A stretch of DNA of 63,881 nucleotides, counting the filler, from Folioceros fuciformis (lineage: Eukaryota), in assembly GCA_049999805.1 (NCBI GenBank). It is 6 parts of 6 records of this genome, joined end to end, with 100 filler letters (N's around TTAATTAATTAA, not from the genome) between each part and the next. Parts side by side here need not be neighbours in the genome. Positions count along the whole stretch, not along the records: positions 1 to 22,378 come from JBNGIO010005873.1; positions 22,479 to 37,086 come from JBNGIO010005874.1; 4 more parts are not named here. The stretch is one strand, 5' to 3'. Below the pieces are notes generated by a model. That model was not told the DNA's origin, searched no databases, and saw only the letters and a program-made list of their open reading frames with translations. The translations under genes and the position numbers were made by a program. The stretch's first letter is position 1, and the number at the start of each line of letters is the position of its first letter. Below are positions 11,718 through 24,642 of this stretch, one piece after another.

Positions 11718-13879
11718 CTACAACTTCACGATCCAGCCCAGTTTGTCTTCTGCTTTCCCAGTCTGAATATCCGTTAGCAGCTTGTACAGTTCCTTGGACA
11801 ACTCACCGACACCTCCATTCCTGTACTTGCTCCTGAAACTCAGACAGTAGGCACGCGCGTGATTACGAATAGTGCAGACGTGTTTTGCAACATATTACAT
11901 GCAGCATAATAGCTCACCTCCTCTCCCCGTATGTAATGGATCCGACTGGAGAGACCACCACTGCTGTACCCGTGCAGAAAACTTCATCTGCATTTAACAG
12001 CTCTTCCACATCCAAAGGTCGTTCTTCGACCTGTTCAAGCCCAACACAGCCGCGTGTAGTAGTTCCGGAGTCAGAAACGTAACGACACTCTTCATTCCAT
12101 GCTTTTAAGAGATTCCTGCAACCTGTGGATGATGAAAGTCAAACCTTGTAGCCTTTGCTCTGAGCTAGTTCGATAATGCTCTTCCGGGTGATGCCTGGTA
12201 GAATGGTGCCCCGCAGGTCTGGAGTCGTTACGGTGTCGTTCTGCGTAGTGCACAAAGGTTCTGAGAGATCTGAAGAGGGAAATACGTACAACCATCAATC
12301 AAGTAATCCGCCAGAGATTACCTTCACAGCGAAGATGTTGCACGATGACACTTCCTCCACGTATTTGTTCTCCACGGCATCGAGATACACTACATCCGAG
12401 TATCCCTTTCCTTTAGCTTCTAATTGTGATTTCAATACCTGTTTAAACTTTTATTAGGGCCCCCGCATGCGCAAAATGTACGACTTCACAATTCATGATC
12501 ACTTGGTTCTCGCTTACAGGAGCGTAGTTGCCGATGGTCTTGACTCCACCTGTTCCTCCCGGAGCAGCGCGGTGATAAACTGTCTCCACCTTGAGGTCAA
12601 TGGGTGCCAGACCTTGCTGGGGAGGCAGGAGAGGTCAGCCTAGAGATAACTGGTTTGTGAAGTTGAAGAGGACACACGTCCAAAAGAGACGACATTCAAG
12701 AGGAAAATCAAGCCACAGCCAGTGCAATGATTTATATACCGGAAAGTAGTTGCCCACAGGTGACACATAAATGAGAAAGCTGTACTCTGGTGCTGGAGCC
12801 AAACCAAGGACAGGTCCAGATCCGAAGAGCATCGGCCGAATGTACAGGGATCCTTTACCTACTGGAGGTATCTGGTACAAACAAAGGCATGTAAGGGCAA
12901 GCACAAGCAATCACCCTTCAAAAACCAGAGTGACGAGTTCAGAGACACTCAGAGTACCCAACGCTTGTTTGCAAGAACAGTTTGCTTCACAGCATTCACA
13001 AACGTTTCTACTGGAGGAGCGAGCATGGAAAGTCGGGCAGCCCCGCTTTGCATGCGAAGAGCGTTCTCTTCCGGCCGAAACAACAGCACTTCTCCTCCTT
13101 CAGCATTGTAAGCCTTCAACCCCTCAAACAATCCCTGCCATCCAGAATCATTTTTTTCTAGAGAAATGGTGCAATCTCTCTGAAACGACGTAATGCAAAC
13201 GTCATAAAAAACTAGACCATGCTCAGGAGAAAACGATGTATGCCGACACGAACAGAATATACCTGTCCATAGTTCAGGACTCCAGCAGCTGGACTCAACA
13301 GGATGTTGCCGTACGGGAGCAGTTCACCTGTCTGCCAATTTCCCTCACGATCAGTCTTCATCAAAAACATGCTATCTGTCGGCCGGAGCCCAAACCCAAG
13401 ATTGTCCCAATCAATGCTGGAAGAAGTGTCAACATCTCTGCTCCCACGAGTGAAAACCGATCAGTAACATCAGGAACGCGTGCTTCCGCATTAGCCACTG
13501 AATACACTTTTCGGAATGATCACAGGAACACAACTTATTCTCACTTCAAGGGATATGCAACCGCTGCTTCAGTCACGGATGCGTGCAACTTGCAGCTCCT
13601 TCGACTGGTCGCTCCCAATTCGGCCTGCACTCGTGCAAATAAAGAGTGTTGATCACCTATGTCTGGTAAGTTACGGCACCAGACGATTGCTGAGAGATGG
13701 TGGAAGCATTATACCTGCGCTGGTACTGGATCTCCACCATAAGCTGGCAGCCTGATCTGTGACGTGCGACCCTGTTGGAAAAAGCGAGAACAAAACGCTT
13801 GCTCCTCTGCTGAGGATGACAGCCCAGATGATACTCGAGCGCGAGCCAGAGCAGATCCGACTGCTGCCAAGGAAGCCAT
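11718..13879 (-). CDS. BCAT: Branched-chain amino acid aminotransferase (multi-exon, probable transit peptide)
   Basis: Exons encode FEGLKAY...[82 protein letters not shown] and [19 protein letters not shown], ending [10 protein letters not shown]. Start is [15 protein letters not shown] at 13879. Confidence 0.93.
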
Positions 13880-14367
13880 GGTGTGCTCCGGTCGATGTGC
13901 TACCTTCTTGCTTGCGTTGAGCTCATGAAGGCCTGGAAGGGGAAGAAGATACGTGCGACTCAAGGAACCCTAAGTCATAAGATTGGGGCCCAAGCAAGCA
14001 AACTGTCACGACCAGATTCTCTCTTGTCAGAAGAGCAGAGTGCAGTGCAATTCCTATAAGGAACCTGCGGCATTTGAGAAATCACACATTTTCTCGGGGC
14101 AGGTTCTCGCCTTGTGGACAGCTGACACTCTGAATCTCCCTATTTCATGGGATCGTGGTACGTTGTGAGTCGGAATTGCGAAGCATCGAGCTGTTGTGCG
14201 TGAAATGCTTGCTAGTGTGGTGTGCCCGGTCCGCGCAATGTTTACCTCATCTGATGCGGGCAATAGGGGAAAACATAACTTTAAATAATGAAGTCTGCTC
14301 AGATCCTGGTGTCACAAGTTCGTGTAGCCGCGCCAAACCGGGTTGAGCTGTTTTTTCACTCTCAAAC

Positions 14368-15159
14368 ATGGCCGGTGTGGTTCAGTCGTTTTCTTGCAGT
14401 TGTGGCTCTTTCTCTAGCTTAGTGTACTCTCCGGACAAGCCGGGTTCTGCCAGGTCCAGATCAAGGATCTCTTCCTGCGTGCTAAATGTTCGGGCCGAGC
14501 AGAAGCGGAAGGATGGAGCGAGGTCCGGAGCCCCGCAGAAGCCTATGGAGGATGACACGTGGAGGAGGGCGTCACTCACAGACCTGGAGAAGGAGTTTGG
14601 GATAAAGACTAAGGTGGAGAAGAAAACCAAAAGCAGAGAACCTGCGAGTGATTCTCGCCCTCCCAGAACACTTTCTCCTGAGGAATGGTAAGTTGAGCTT
14701 CCCGTTCCCATGTTCGGGCTGACCAGGTCACCATTTAGCAACCATCTGAAGTTATGGAGCAGCTTTCTGAAAGTACTGTTCAGTATGCTGTCTTGAAGGC
14801 GGGAGGTGAACTCGAAATGGGACGAGCTGGAAAAAGAAGCACTGGGAGCTGATCCCAAGAAGGATAGCGATTTCATCAAAACCATCAAGGAAATAGGCCT
14901 CTGGCTGATCGAGAAAACCAAGGAGACTGACGATGTCGGTAAGTCATATGGTTCCTCAGTGTTGCAAACTTGAAGGCTTGCAGGCTTTGCATCGTGTGTT
15001 GGTGCTTGAAGAGAGTGTTGACGTTCCTGTGCTGTTGCAGATCCAGGAACTGCAGCTAAGGCATTGCTGGTAGTCTTCGCTGTGTGGTTTTTCTTTCTCC
15101 TGGTTGCTGTAGGAGTCATACAACTTCCTTTCGAGCTTCCATTTCTGACTGAAACCTAG
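14368..15159 (+). CDS. Unknown protein, probable chloroplast transit peptide and C-terminal transmembrane helix (3 exons)
   Basis: Ser-rich N-terminus ending in the cleavage-like motif LNVRA. GT-AG introns lie after ~14687 and ~14938. The last exon reads AAKALLVVFAVWFFFLLVAVGVIQLPFELPFLTET*. Confidence 0.7.
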
Positions 15160-15647
15160 TTCACAGGGCTAAGGATCTCTCCATACAGATTTGTGCAAGA
15201 TACCAAAACCCTCATTGACTGAAACTAACAAACACAACACTTTTACAACTAAGTCTCGATACTGGTGACTCTACATTTTGCGTCATCTCACCAACGGATA
15301 TCACAGCGTCAGACCAGGCTACCATCTCGTGCCAGGGAGTTTCAGGATACAGTCTGTGTGCCTCCGGTGTCTCAGCATCCAACAGTGACAGGAGAAGTTT
15401 TTACGCATATCCATGTGACGTGGGGACTTCGGTCTTGTTACGAAATTCTTCTCCCATATTTCTTCTAATTACGTCTTCATTAAGACGTTTATCAAGCATT
15501 CCTTTCGGGAGTCCCTCTTTATGGTAATATGGTTGATTTCCTCCAGTCCACCCGAGCATCGTCGTCCCATTGAACCTTACGCGTGTCGCGCTAGGTTTTG
15601 GCAGCGCTGTCGGTGGAAAATCGCGTGGGGATAGCCTGTAGTGCGCC

Positions 15648-16350
15648 ATGGCTGCCAAAAGCGCAAACACTCTGGACAGGGAGCAGGTTTCTCTTGCTGC
15701 ATCACCCCCCTGGAGTCATTCGATGTAGCAATTGCGCGGTACGGTATAGATGTCTGACGCGTTTGCCCGTTTCCTTGTGAATCAGGTTCTAGGTATGGCT
15801 CAACAAGAGATGGAGTACAGAGTAGATTTGTTCAATAAGTAAGCATGCTGTCCGTCTCCGTTGATGTTGCAATTCTTTTGTCGCTCGTGGATGTGATACT
15901 TGCTTGAAACACTGGTATCGATCCAGCTGGTGTTGTGGAACGTTTACTCGGAGGGGTGTCGGTGCGGGCTGTAAAGGTGTGGAGGAAGCACGCTAACTGC
16001 ATCTGGATATCTGCAGATTAACTCAGACGTGCTTCGAGAAGTGCATCGAGAAGAGGTGAGGCAGCTCAGTTTCCAGCGTATGGAGTTGGTGTTGGTCTTT
16101 TGGCGAAAAGGTCGCTGAAATTAGTGGTTTCATACCAGGTACAAGGAGCCCGACCTGAATATCGGGGAGAACAGCTGCATCGACCGTTGTGTTGCCAAGT
16201 ATTGGCAGGTGAGTAGCCGATCTCTTAGCTCCCAGAATTTCACGTCCATGGCCGGGAAACATCTGCCTGTTGCTGATACTCCATGGTTTTGCTTTGCAGG
16301 TCACAGGAATCGTAGGGCAGATGTTGGGCTCCAATAAAACAGATCTATGA
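15648..16350 (+). CDS. TIM10: Mitochondrial small Tim chaperone TIM10 (5 exons)
   Basis: Spliced product MAAKSANTLDREQ-VLGMAQQEMEYRVDLFNK-LTQTCFEKCIEKR-YKEPDLNIGENSCIDRCVAKYWQ-VTGIVGQMLGSNKTDL*, with a twin CX3C motif. Confidence 0.93.
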
Positions 16351-17132
16351 TTGTTAGGAAGCACAGCTATTTCTTCTAGCTCCCCAAGAACATCTGCTGT
16401 TTAGATTATTAGCAAGCACAGTAGTGTCTCGCAGTCGTTTCTAAGGAGGTTTTTGTTACAATCGGAGTTTCTTGCAGTTTGCTCCTGCTACTTCTTTAAG
16501 TCTGGCGACGTGAACTGCTCAGTGGCGTTGTAGCTCAAGCAGGTCAAGTCTCGCCAAGGCTGCAGCCTGCCTCCTCGCTTAGTGCTTTGCAAGCATTGTG
16601 GATCAGTTACGTTGAACTGTCAGCTAATGATGGTTCGCGCGTTTGTGACGGAGATCTCACTGCCTTTCTTTACAAGCCAAGATCTAGGTGGGATAGCAGT
16701 GTACGCACCTACGAATACTCGATGCATGACCTGCAGAGGGTGTTTTTTGTGAGGCAAAATGTTAGGGTTTAATGAATGGAATTGTCGCTTTGCCACCTAC
16801 TTCCTCGTGAAAGCTATCATCCAAGCCTAAGGAGTGTTCAACCAATTGATCACCGACCGAGCGGCAAGGCAATGAAGGCTTTTTTTTTTTTTTTCGTACA
16901 AGGAGCGCAGATGGAAAATGAGCAATGCACGCAATGCCACTTGGTGCGGTGGCTAACCGTGGAGTCGCACCGGATAGCGCTCAGATGATCTGCTGTCCAT
17001 ACAGTACAAAGCGCCTGCCAATCCAATCGGAATTCAGTCTTCCTCTTTCAGATCTTTTGCCCTTTTAAAGCTCCCCTTGCCGGCGGGGAGTGCTGTGTTC
17101 ACCAACTCCGCCTCTCCCCGCCACTTGGAACC

Positions 17133-19206
17133 ATGACGGCCTACATCGGCAAGTACGCTGGTACTCTTCTGGCTCAAATTCCTGCATTTGTGTCTTTCAA
17201 TTGTGCGCCTGTTGTCCGACTACGGGACTTGTACCGGATTGCGACATTGCTTTTTGCCGAATGTCTTTCCGCAGAATTTTGGTGACGCTACGCTTGTAGA
17301 TGTGACTTTTTCTAACTGTGAGGGATTGCTGGTAGCCTTGTGTGATGGTCTATCAGCCGAAACGTCGTCGTTGTGAGGATCTGCTGCCAGTGCTTGCGGG
17401 GTTCTGACGTAGTGGATTGTGAATGCCATCCGCCCGTTGCGAATGGCGGAACATTTAGGGGCTTGTTGCATCCTTCGGTTACTTCTCAATTCATGCTCCC
17501 AAGAGTGTGCGTCCCTTGCTCCCGTGGTTCAGTTTGCACAGCTCCTTCGTGCAAGTAGAATTCAAGCCAATATGTTGAGTCTTGTCGTCGAGGCTGTTCC
17601 AAGTGGAACCGCTGTCCAGATTTTGCCATAATAAGCATTGGAATTTTGTGCAACATTCATCCACCAATTCCGTTTTCAGCTCTACACAGATGCTTTTCGT
17701 GGAGGAAGGCAATCTGTTGTTCCGGCTTCCACTTCTGAAGGAGTGTCACCTTTCGTATCTGACTGGAGCTGATTTTCACGACGTTCAGGATCCCGTATTG
17801 CTTGCTTCTGCCGATCTACAAGAATAACTCATCAACATGGTTAGAGGAGGCCGTAAGACGCCGGTCCATTTGATTCGCTTCCCTGTAATGACATAGGGCT
17901 GCATTGAAAATGAGCCTGATTCCTGTTTGAAGAACAGCTGTTCAAGATGCGCACTGAAAATTGCATTAGGAGACGCCGCAGCGTTTTCGAGCTCATATTC
18001 TTGAGTCTAGCATAAATTTGTCGAAAATTCTGTAAACTGCTAAGGGGTTTGATCGTGCGCTGCTAGTGTACAGCCATAGCTGGCAGCTGTGACTGGTGTT
18101 CCCAAGTTTAGGCTCAAGTTTCTGAACGTGGGATTCTTCTGTTCGTTCGACAAACAGATGACCTCATCCGAACCGCCCGCTATATTGCCACTCCCGGGAA
18201 AGGGATCTTGGCAGCGGACGAGTCCACAGGGACGATTGGGAAGCGGCTGGCGAGCATCAATGTTGAAAACGTGGAGGCCAATCGGCAAGCACTGCGTGAG
18301 CTGCTCTTCACAGCCCCTGGCTCACTGCAGTACCTGAGTGGAGTCATCCTGTACGAAGAAACTCTCTTTCAGAGAACAGCCGCGGGTGTTCCTTTCGTGA
18401 ACATCCTCAACGATGCAGGAGTCATCCCAGGGATCAAGGTGGACAAGGGTGTCGTGGCCCTAGCCGGCACTGATGGCGAGACCACCACCCAGGGTCACGA
18501 TGGCCTCGGGGAGCGTGCAGCGAAGTACTACGAGGCTGGTGCAAGGTTTGCAAAGTGGAGAGCTGTCCTGAAGATCGGCGCAAAGGAACCAAGCGAGCTC
18601 TCTATTCAGCAGAACGCGCAAGGGCTTGCCCGTTACGCTATCATCTGCCAGGAGAACGGGCTTGTCCCCATCGTGGAGCCTGAGATTCTGGTGGACGGGC
18701 CTCATGACATCCACAAGTGTCAGGAGGTGACAGAGCGGGTTCTGGCAGCCACTTACAAAGCCTTGAACGAGCACCATGTACTTCTAGAGGGAACCCTCTT
18801 GAAGCCGAACATGGTAACCCCTGGTTCAGAGGGTCCAAAGGTTGAGTCGGAGGTTATAGCCAAGGCTACAGTTCAGGCTCTGCAAAGGACAGTGCCTCCT
18901 GCTGTTCCCGGGATTGTTTTTCTGTCCGGTGGTCAGAGTGAGGAGCAGGCCACGGTGAACTTGAATGCTATGAACAAGCTAAATACCGTCAAGCCGTGGA
19001 CGCTGTCTTTCTCCTTCGGCCGTGCCCTCCAGCAGACTACCCTGAAAACCTGGGCTGGAAAGAAGGAGAATGTCGCTGCTGCGCAAGAGGCATTCCTTGC
19101 CAGGTGCAAGGCCAACTCAGAGGCTACTCTGGGCAAGTACGGTGGTGATGCTGGTGCGGTTGCTGGCTCAGCAGAGTCTCTTCACGTTAAAGGTTACGTG
19201 TATTGA
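17133..19206 (+). CDS. FBA: Fructose-bisphosphate aldolase class I, cytosolic (2 exons: 17133-17160, 18158-19206)
   Basis: [39 protein letters not shown]...[15 protein letters not shown]...SLHVKGYVY*; no transit peptide. Confidence 0.96.
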
Positions 19207-19881
19207 GTGAACAGAAACACTGTACGCTTGAGCACTGCGTTCTGAAAAGTGTCCCGCACCAGCAACGTCTCAAGCAAGCGCAGACATCCACAAGTGAGTG
19301 GATGGCCCTCGAAGTGAGTGAACGTTGGTCTTTGGTTCATTTCACGTTGTGTTGTCCTCTCCACTACCTTCTAGCATTGTACGCAAGTGTGCTAGCAGAA
19401 TCTGGTCATCCCTTCATAGTCAAATTTGGTCCAAGAATTCAAACAAGGCAGTCCAAACGTGGAAAGTTGCAGGTTGCACCACGCGACAAGGCAGAAACGA
19501 GAAAACATTTCACGAAATATCGTTCAGCACTGCCTACATACATACATGATTGTTTTCCAGGCAGCAAAGAACGCGTGATGATGGTGCAAATCGTGTACGA
19601 TTCTCGGTAAGTGCAGTCCACCTCTTCTTCAAGCCGAATATTCATACCTGACGATACCTAGACAAAGGCAGATGTTTACGGACTACATCCGTAGACCGGA
19701 TACACATTTCTTCAATTTTGAACAGAGTCAAGAAGATGGTCCCAGCGCCGTACTGGCGAGTCTAGCTACCCAATCGTGACAGGGTCAGAGTAGTTGCTCC
19801 AATGAGAAGCATCCCGACGAGACCGGGAAATTCCGGTCAAAGAGAGAAAGATGTGCGGGATTCCGGGTCTGAAGTGAAATT

Positions 19882-21749
19882 TCAACTACGCATAGGGGGG
19901 TTCGGTCTTGACCTTACGAGTTCGGGGCCTTTCCATCGAGCCCAATCAGGTTCCTCCATGGACATAACCTGCACACCCACGCCTCCTATTGCAGCTTCAA
20001 AGCAATCAAACCCAGCTTCTTCCAGCTGTGACTTCACTTTGGAAACGAGAGTCGCTGGCGTGTCTGGGACACTTATGGTCAAGGCAAAGACAAACATGGC
20101 GCCCACAGGTAACAAGCAAGAAATTACGGAAGAAAAACTCATGACGAATGACATTCAACCAATACCATGGATTCAGGCGAAAGACAACAAGCCAATGGAG
20201 GATACCACGAGGCACCAATGTCAGGACACAACCACCTCCTCCAGCGCCAGTCAGCTTGGAGTACAGACCAAATGTATATGTGATTTGGCAGATTTTCTCA
20301 ATCGTTGAATGACTAACACCGATGGTATGCAAAAGGCCCTGATTCATCTCCACTAACTCTTCCAACCGAACTTCGGCATCAGTCTTGTAGCCTTGGGAGT
20401 CCGCCAACTGATCGCCGCGTTCGTCCATTTGAATTTTCTGCTCAGATTCCTGGATCTCACCTGATTGCAAGATGGAAACAGCTGTCTCTGCAACAGCATC
20501 AATTGCATTGAATATATGTGTCATTGCCTGAGGGTACGCCTTTGCCCTTTCACCGACAGCAGCTACGAGTGTTTTTGTATTTCGAGCAACTCTCGTATTC
20601 GTGAGGAGCATTCTGAGAGGAATTGCCTGGTGCACGCGGGTAATGTTTGACTGCTTGAACTTGACGATTGAGCCTAAAGCGAGCACTAACACGGATATCA
20701 GTTTGCTTGGAAAGAGCTACTCATATCGACGACGAGCTGGTAAGGATAACATGTCAGACAGCACCGTTATGCACGAAGTTCAGAATTGACACGAACAAGG
20801 TCCGCAAGGAGGCCAAGTTAGACTCACCAAACGTGCTGACAGTATTGTCAATCCCGGAGGGCCTTCCATGTACAATCCTCTCCCCTTGAAACGCCCACGC
20901 ATTCACCAGTTCTGAGGAGTTCTCATCCACGTCCAACCAATTTCCATTCGGAGGGCACTTTAGCTTGCCAGCCAGAGCTAGCAGACCCGCTGCTAGGGAG
21001 ACACAGTATGCAGCTGAAGAACCAAGTCCAGCGCCCACGGGAAGTTCAGATTCGACAGTGACTGTGGTCGGCAGCAAACTGGAGTGTGACGATTGTTAGC
21101 CGAGCAAAACCCCGAAGCATCAGACAAACACGAAGCCGATGAAATACTAGCTCATTCCACTCCAGAAGAGGCATATCTAAAAGAGCTGGACTAAGCGAAG
21201 CTGCATGAAGAGGCGGCGTAGGGCTAGGTTGTTACCCCACAATGGAGGCATACAAGTACAGGAACGCCACAACACCAGCAACCGCTACAGCCGGTAACTC
21301 CGGCTTGAAGTGTGAACCCGCAAAGAGTTCCAGCTGCTTGCACAAATCATCGGAAAAAGGACGAACATTTCCCTCGTCAGCATCGACTAGAACGGGCCAA
21401 TCGAATGCACCTCTGATCCTCGCAAGGGACCACGTCATATGCACATCCAGCTGTGGCAGGTGGAGGTCCAAGAACTCCTCCTCCTTCCCTACCAAAACCA
21501 CCGTCTGCCTCAAACCCCTAGGGCAGATACGTCTCCAACGCAAGGCGAAGCACGAGCGAGGGGTGGTTGCCTACCACGATCCCGTGCGTGAAGGTGAATG
21601 CAGGCCTTGGTGTAGAGGCCAAGCGAGGCCGCAACGGCAGCCCCGCCATGCACCACTGCATGCTCCCCAGCCAGTATCACCTTCCCAGGCGCTCTGCACT
21701 CGACAGTCTTCACGACCTCCCGCGCCACTCCTTCCATGGCATGGTCCAT
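19882..21749 (-). CDS. MVK: Mevalonate kinase (multi-exon)
   Basis: RAPGKVILAGEHAVVHG, the GHMP motif ELPVGAGLGSSAA, HGRPSGIDNTVSTFG and SKLTGAGGGGCVL. Confidence 0.93.
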
Positions 21750-22231
21750 TTACGCGAGCTTCCTTCCCTTGCAATTCCACGGACGAGCCACGGCCCCCGC
21801 CCCCTGCCAAGAAGAGGCTAGGTCTGATGCATTGTCCGCACGTGACGGTGACGCAGGCTAAGACACACTGGCGGCGATAGCGTCGGCCTGGCCGCCCGTC
21901 CCAGAAGGCCGCCGACAGCGCCTACGGCAAGATTACAGCAGCATCGACCTGGCTGGGTCAGGCTGCCGCTGCGGGAATCCCACTGCGTGGGCCCCGATCG
22001 CCGCAGTACAGTACATACTGTATACTCTTCCGTTACAATAGGAGTTCAGCCTCACTTGCCACATCTACACACTGGCATGGCATTAAAAAAACAAAAGGCT
22101 TGCGATGTCCACACGCGAGCGAGGGAACTATCTGCCCCACCATGCTCCATGAAGTACCTGCCTCGCCTTCTGTGTCGTCTACTTGCTTCTTTACCGCATC
22201 CTCGTGGGAGCAAGTGCGGCTTTCCTCAGGA

Positions 22232-22269
22232 CTCCCGACTCCCGACTCCCGACTCCCGACTCCCGACTT
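22232..22269. repeat. 7-bp tandem repeat (CTCCCGA)x5
   Basis: ctcccgactcccgactcccgactcccgactcccga read directly. Confidence 0.9.
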
Positions 22270-22378
22270 CCCGGCCCAGTCCCGGCAAGACAGTTTCGCA
22301 GTCCCGGCAGCGGCCATTTTCCACCGAGAACACCAAGCGACAGATTTTTTGACTTATCTGGCCTGTCCTGTCCCTGCG

Positions 22379-22478
22379 NNNNNNNNNNNNNNNNNNNNNN
22401 NNNNNNNNNNNNNNNNNNNNNNTTAATTAATTAANNNNNNNNNNNNNNNNNNNNNNNNNNNNNNNNNNNNNNNNNNNN
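22379..22478. other. Artificial contig-join spacer (N-TTAATTAATTAA-N); also at 37087-37186, 52962-53061, 57928-58027, 62672-62771
   Basis: An identical 12-mer with stops in all six frames sits in the middle of N runs five times. Confidence 0.9.
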
Positions 22479-24642
22479 AGTGAAGGGGGTGGCATAGGGT
22501 GTGGCAACTAGAGTTTTGGATACGACAGCCCTCTTGTTCATGGCTGAACGCACAGAGGGTGGTCCAGGAGGAGGAGGGAGAGGAGCGAAGGCTTTTTTGG
22601 CTATATCATCTGCATACAGGACATCATCAATCCGGGAAATGATGTTGTAGGCAAGGCTCTCCAAAACCCGTGAATAGCTTTCCAGTATGGCCTGTCCCAC
22701 ATCCTGCACAACAGAGAAAACCCAGCAATTAGCAATAAGTTTCTTGCATTGTTGGTTAGCCAGAGACTGGGTGTTGTGCCATTAGAAAGGCATGGTAATT
22801 ACCCTATTGAACTGGATCTTGCTTGTGTCCAGGTTCGTTTGTGGCAAGCCAGTGAACCGAAGCCGTAGGCTCACCAGAAGACTCTCTGCCCTGTGAGCTA
22901 TGTGTTCCCTGTCCGCGTCTCCCACCAGGTCTTTAACCCAGTTGCTCTTGCTCTGCTTATCCTTCGTCAGACTCTGTTGCATCTGCTTCACCTGAATCTT
23001 CCGCCGCCAGATGTGGATAGCCGATTCCAGTCGATTTGCTATGTCAAGCACGTTGTGCTCGTTAGTGAGGTCCAAAGCCGACAGAACAGCGTCAGGAGAG
23101 AAGTTATCTGCCGCCAAGCCCCGATAAATGGCGTCTCCCAGAGTTGCCTTTCCAGCCTGCAGCAAGCGTTTACCACTTTCTCAGTTGGGTGGTGCACTCA
23201 CAAGCTGGGCCCTCTGTGGACGTATAGACTCAAGCCCATCAGAACGATTGGATTGTGCCTCACCTTCGGAAGAGTGTCCCAGTAAGGATCCGGAACCTCC
23301 ATTTCCGTTATCACCATACTGTTGATTGCCATGGCGGCTTTCAAGATTTGGTTGGTGCTCTCTCGCTGATACTGCAGCCGCTTTCTGGAGTCCTCGGACA
23401 GACCGTTCACGGGAACTCGGGGTGTTGGCAGCCACCATTTCTCTTCCTGCCGTTGGGAGGAGTGAGCTGAGCCTCCGTTGGAATCCTTCTCGATACCCCG
23501 ATCCACGTACCAGAACTCTGTGTCACTGAATCCATCCAAGGAATCCTGCCCAGGGGACATGAGCAAGGAGAGTTAAGGGGATACCGATGAAATGAAACAA
23601 TAGCTCCTCCCGGCAACACAGTAGCACTGCACATACCAGCAGCATGTTGTCCAACTTCCTCAATGCCGGAAGATTGACATGCAGATCAGTACGGGGCCGT
23701 GTGACCATGACCTGCGGAAGCATATTCAACATAGAAACGGGTCAGTCCGTTGTCCTCACTATGGACGAAACCAAATCTAGCAAGCCCGCAACGCAAGAGA
23801 TGTACCCACCTCCGTACTGCTGCCGTCCGGATAATGCTGCCAGGAAGGAACAAGCTCCACAATGTGATCACTGACTGACAGGAGCCATTCGAGTTCTCTC
23901 CGCCACATTGTCCTCTTCTCACATGACAGAGGCTCCAATCTCCACAACTCTCCGAAAACAGAAGCTGCACAAGAGGTGGTCTGGCCCCGTTCAGAATGTG
24001 CTTGCGTGCCATACCCCTATTCCACTGCATCAGCGCACCGCAGAGCACAAATCCCGGCTCACCTGACAGATTGGTCATGGCATTGGAGATGGCGAGAGCA
24101 GTGCAAACTCCCTTGCCGCCACCGGACATGTCCTCTCCAAGCAGCAACTTAGCAAATCTTTCTTTCATCAACTCCACCTCTGATCGCAGCAACAGAAAAT
24201 GGTAAAGAAGTGAAGAGAATACTAGAACAAAACAGTACTTTAATCCGCCACAGCTCAGAGTGTGAAAGCATCCTACCTGAAGGTTCCGTCTCTCTTTTCT
24301 CCCGCTTTTCCTCCCACATGAAGCTCGCATTGCTGAGCTTGGAGGAAGAGGGAGAGAGCTCCGGGCCGCGCCTTCTACTATCTGTTCTGCTGTCCATCCT
24401 GTTATTCACCGGCCAGCGAATCGGAGACGACGTAGTAGAGCAGTTGCTGCCGAGGTCCTCCCCTCGCACGTGGGCAATGGGATCGACAGGACTAAACCGC
24501 AGATCCAAGTCCCCAACTTCAGAGCTCAAACACTCGCTTGTGGAGCTCCCGGGCGTGTCACTTACGCTGAGCTGCTCGAATCTGTCGTCCATGCTCAGAC
24601 TCCCGGTGCCACCGAAGCGCAGTCTGTTGGTCCTGGTATGCT
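22479..24642 (-). CDS. ROPGEF: Rop guanine nucleotide exchange factor (PRONE domain); partial, 3' end lost in gap, 5' end uncertain
   Basis: [74 protein letters not shown] and [33 protein letters not shown]. Confidence 0.93.

Noticed and set aside
15401-15649. 82-aa minus-strand ORF whose ATG overlaps the TIM10 ATG in the palindrome CCATGG
   Set aside because: No recognisable homology, and it occupies the TIM10 promoter/5'UTR. CCATGG is a common start context, so the overlap is probably chance.
11718-21749. BCAT, aldolase and mevalonate kinase as a metabolic gene cluster
   Set aside because: These are unrelated primary-metabolism genes interleaved with TIM10 and an unknown gene. Proximity is explained by a compact genome.
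22423-22434. TTAATTAATTAA as a biological motif (e.g. piggyBac TTAA site)
   Set aside because: It is always centred in N runs of the same layout, so it is an assembly linker.
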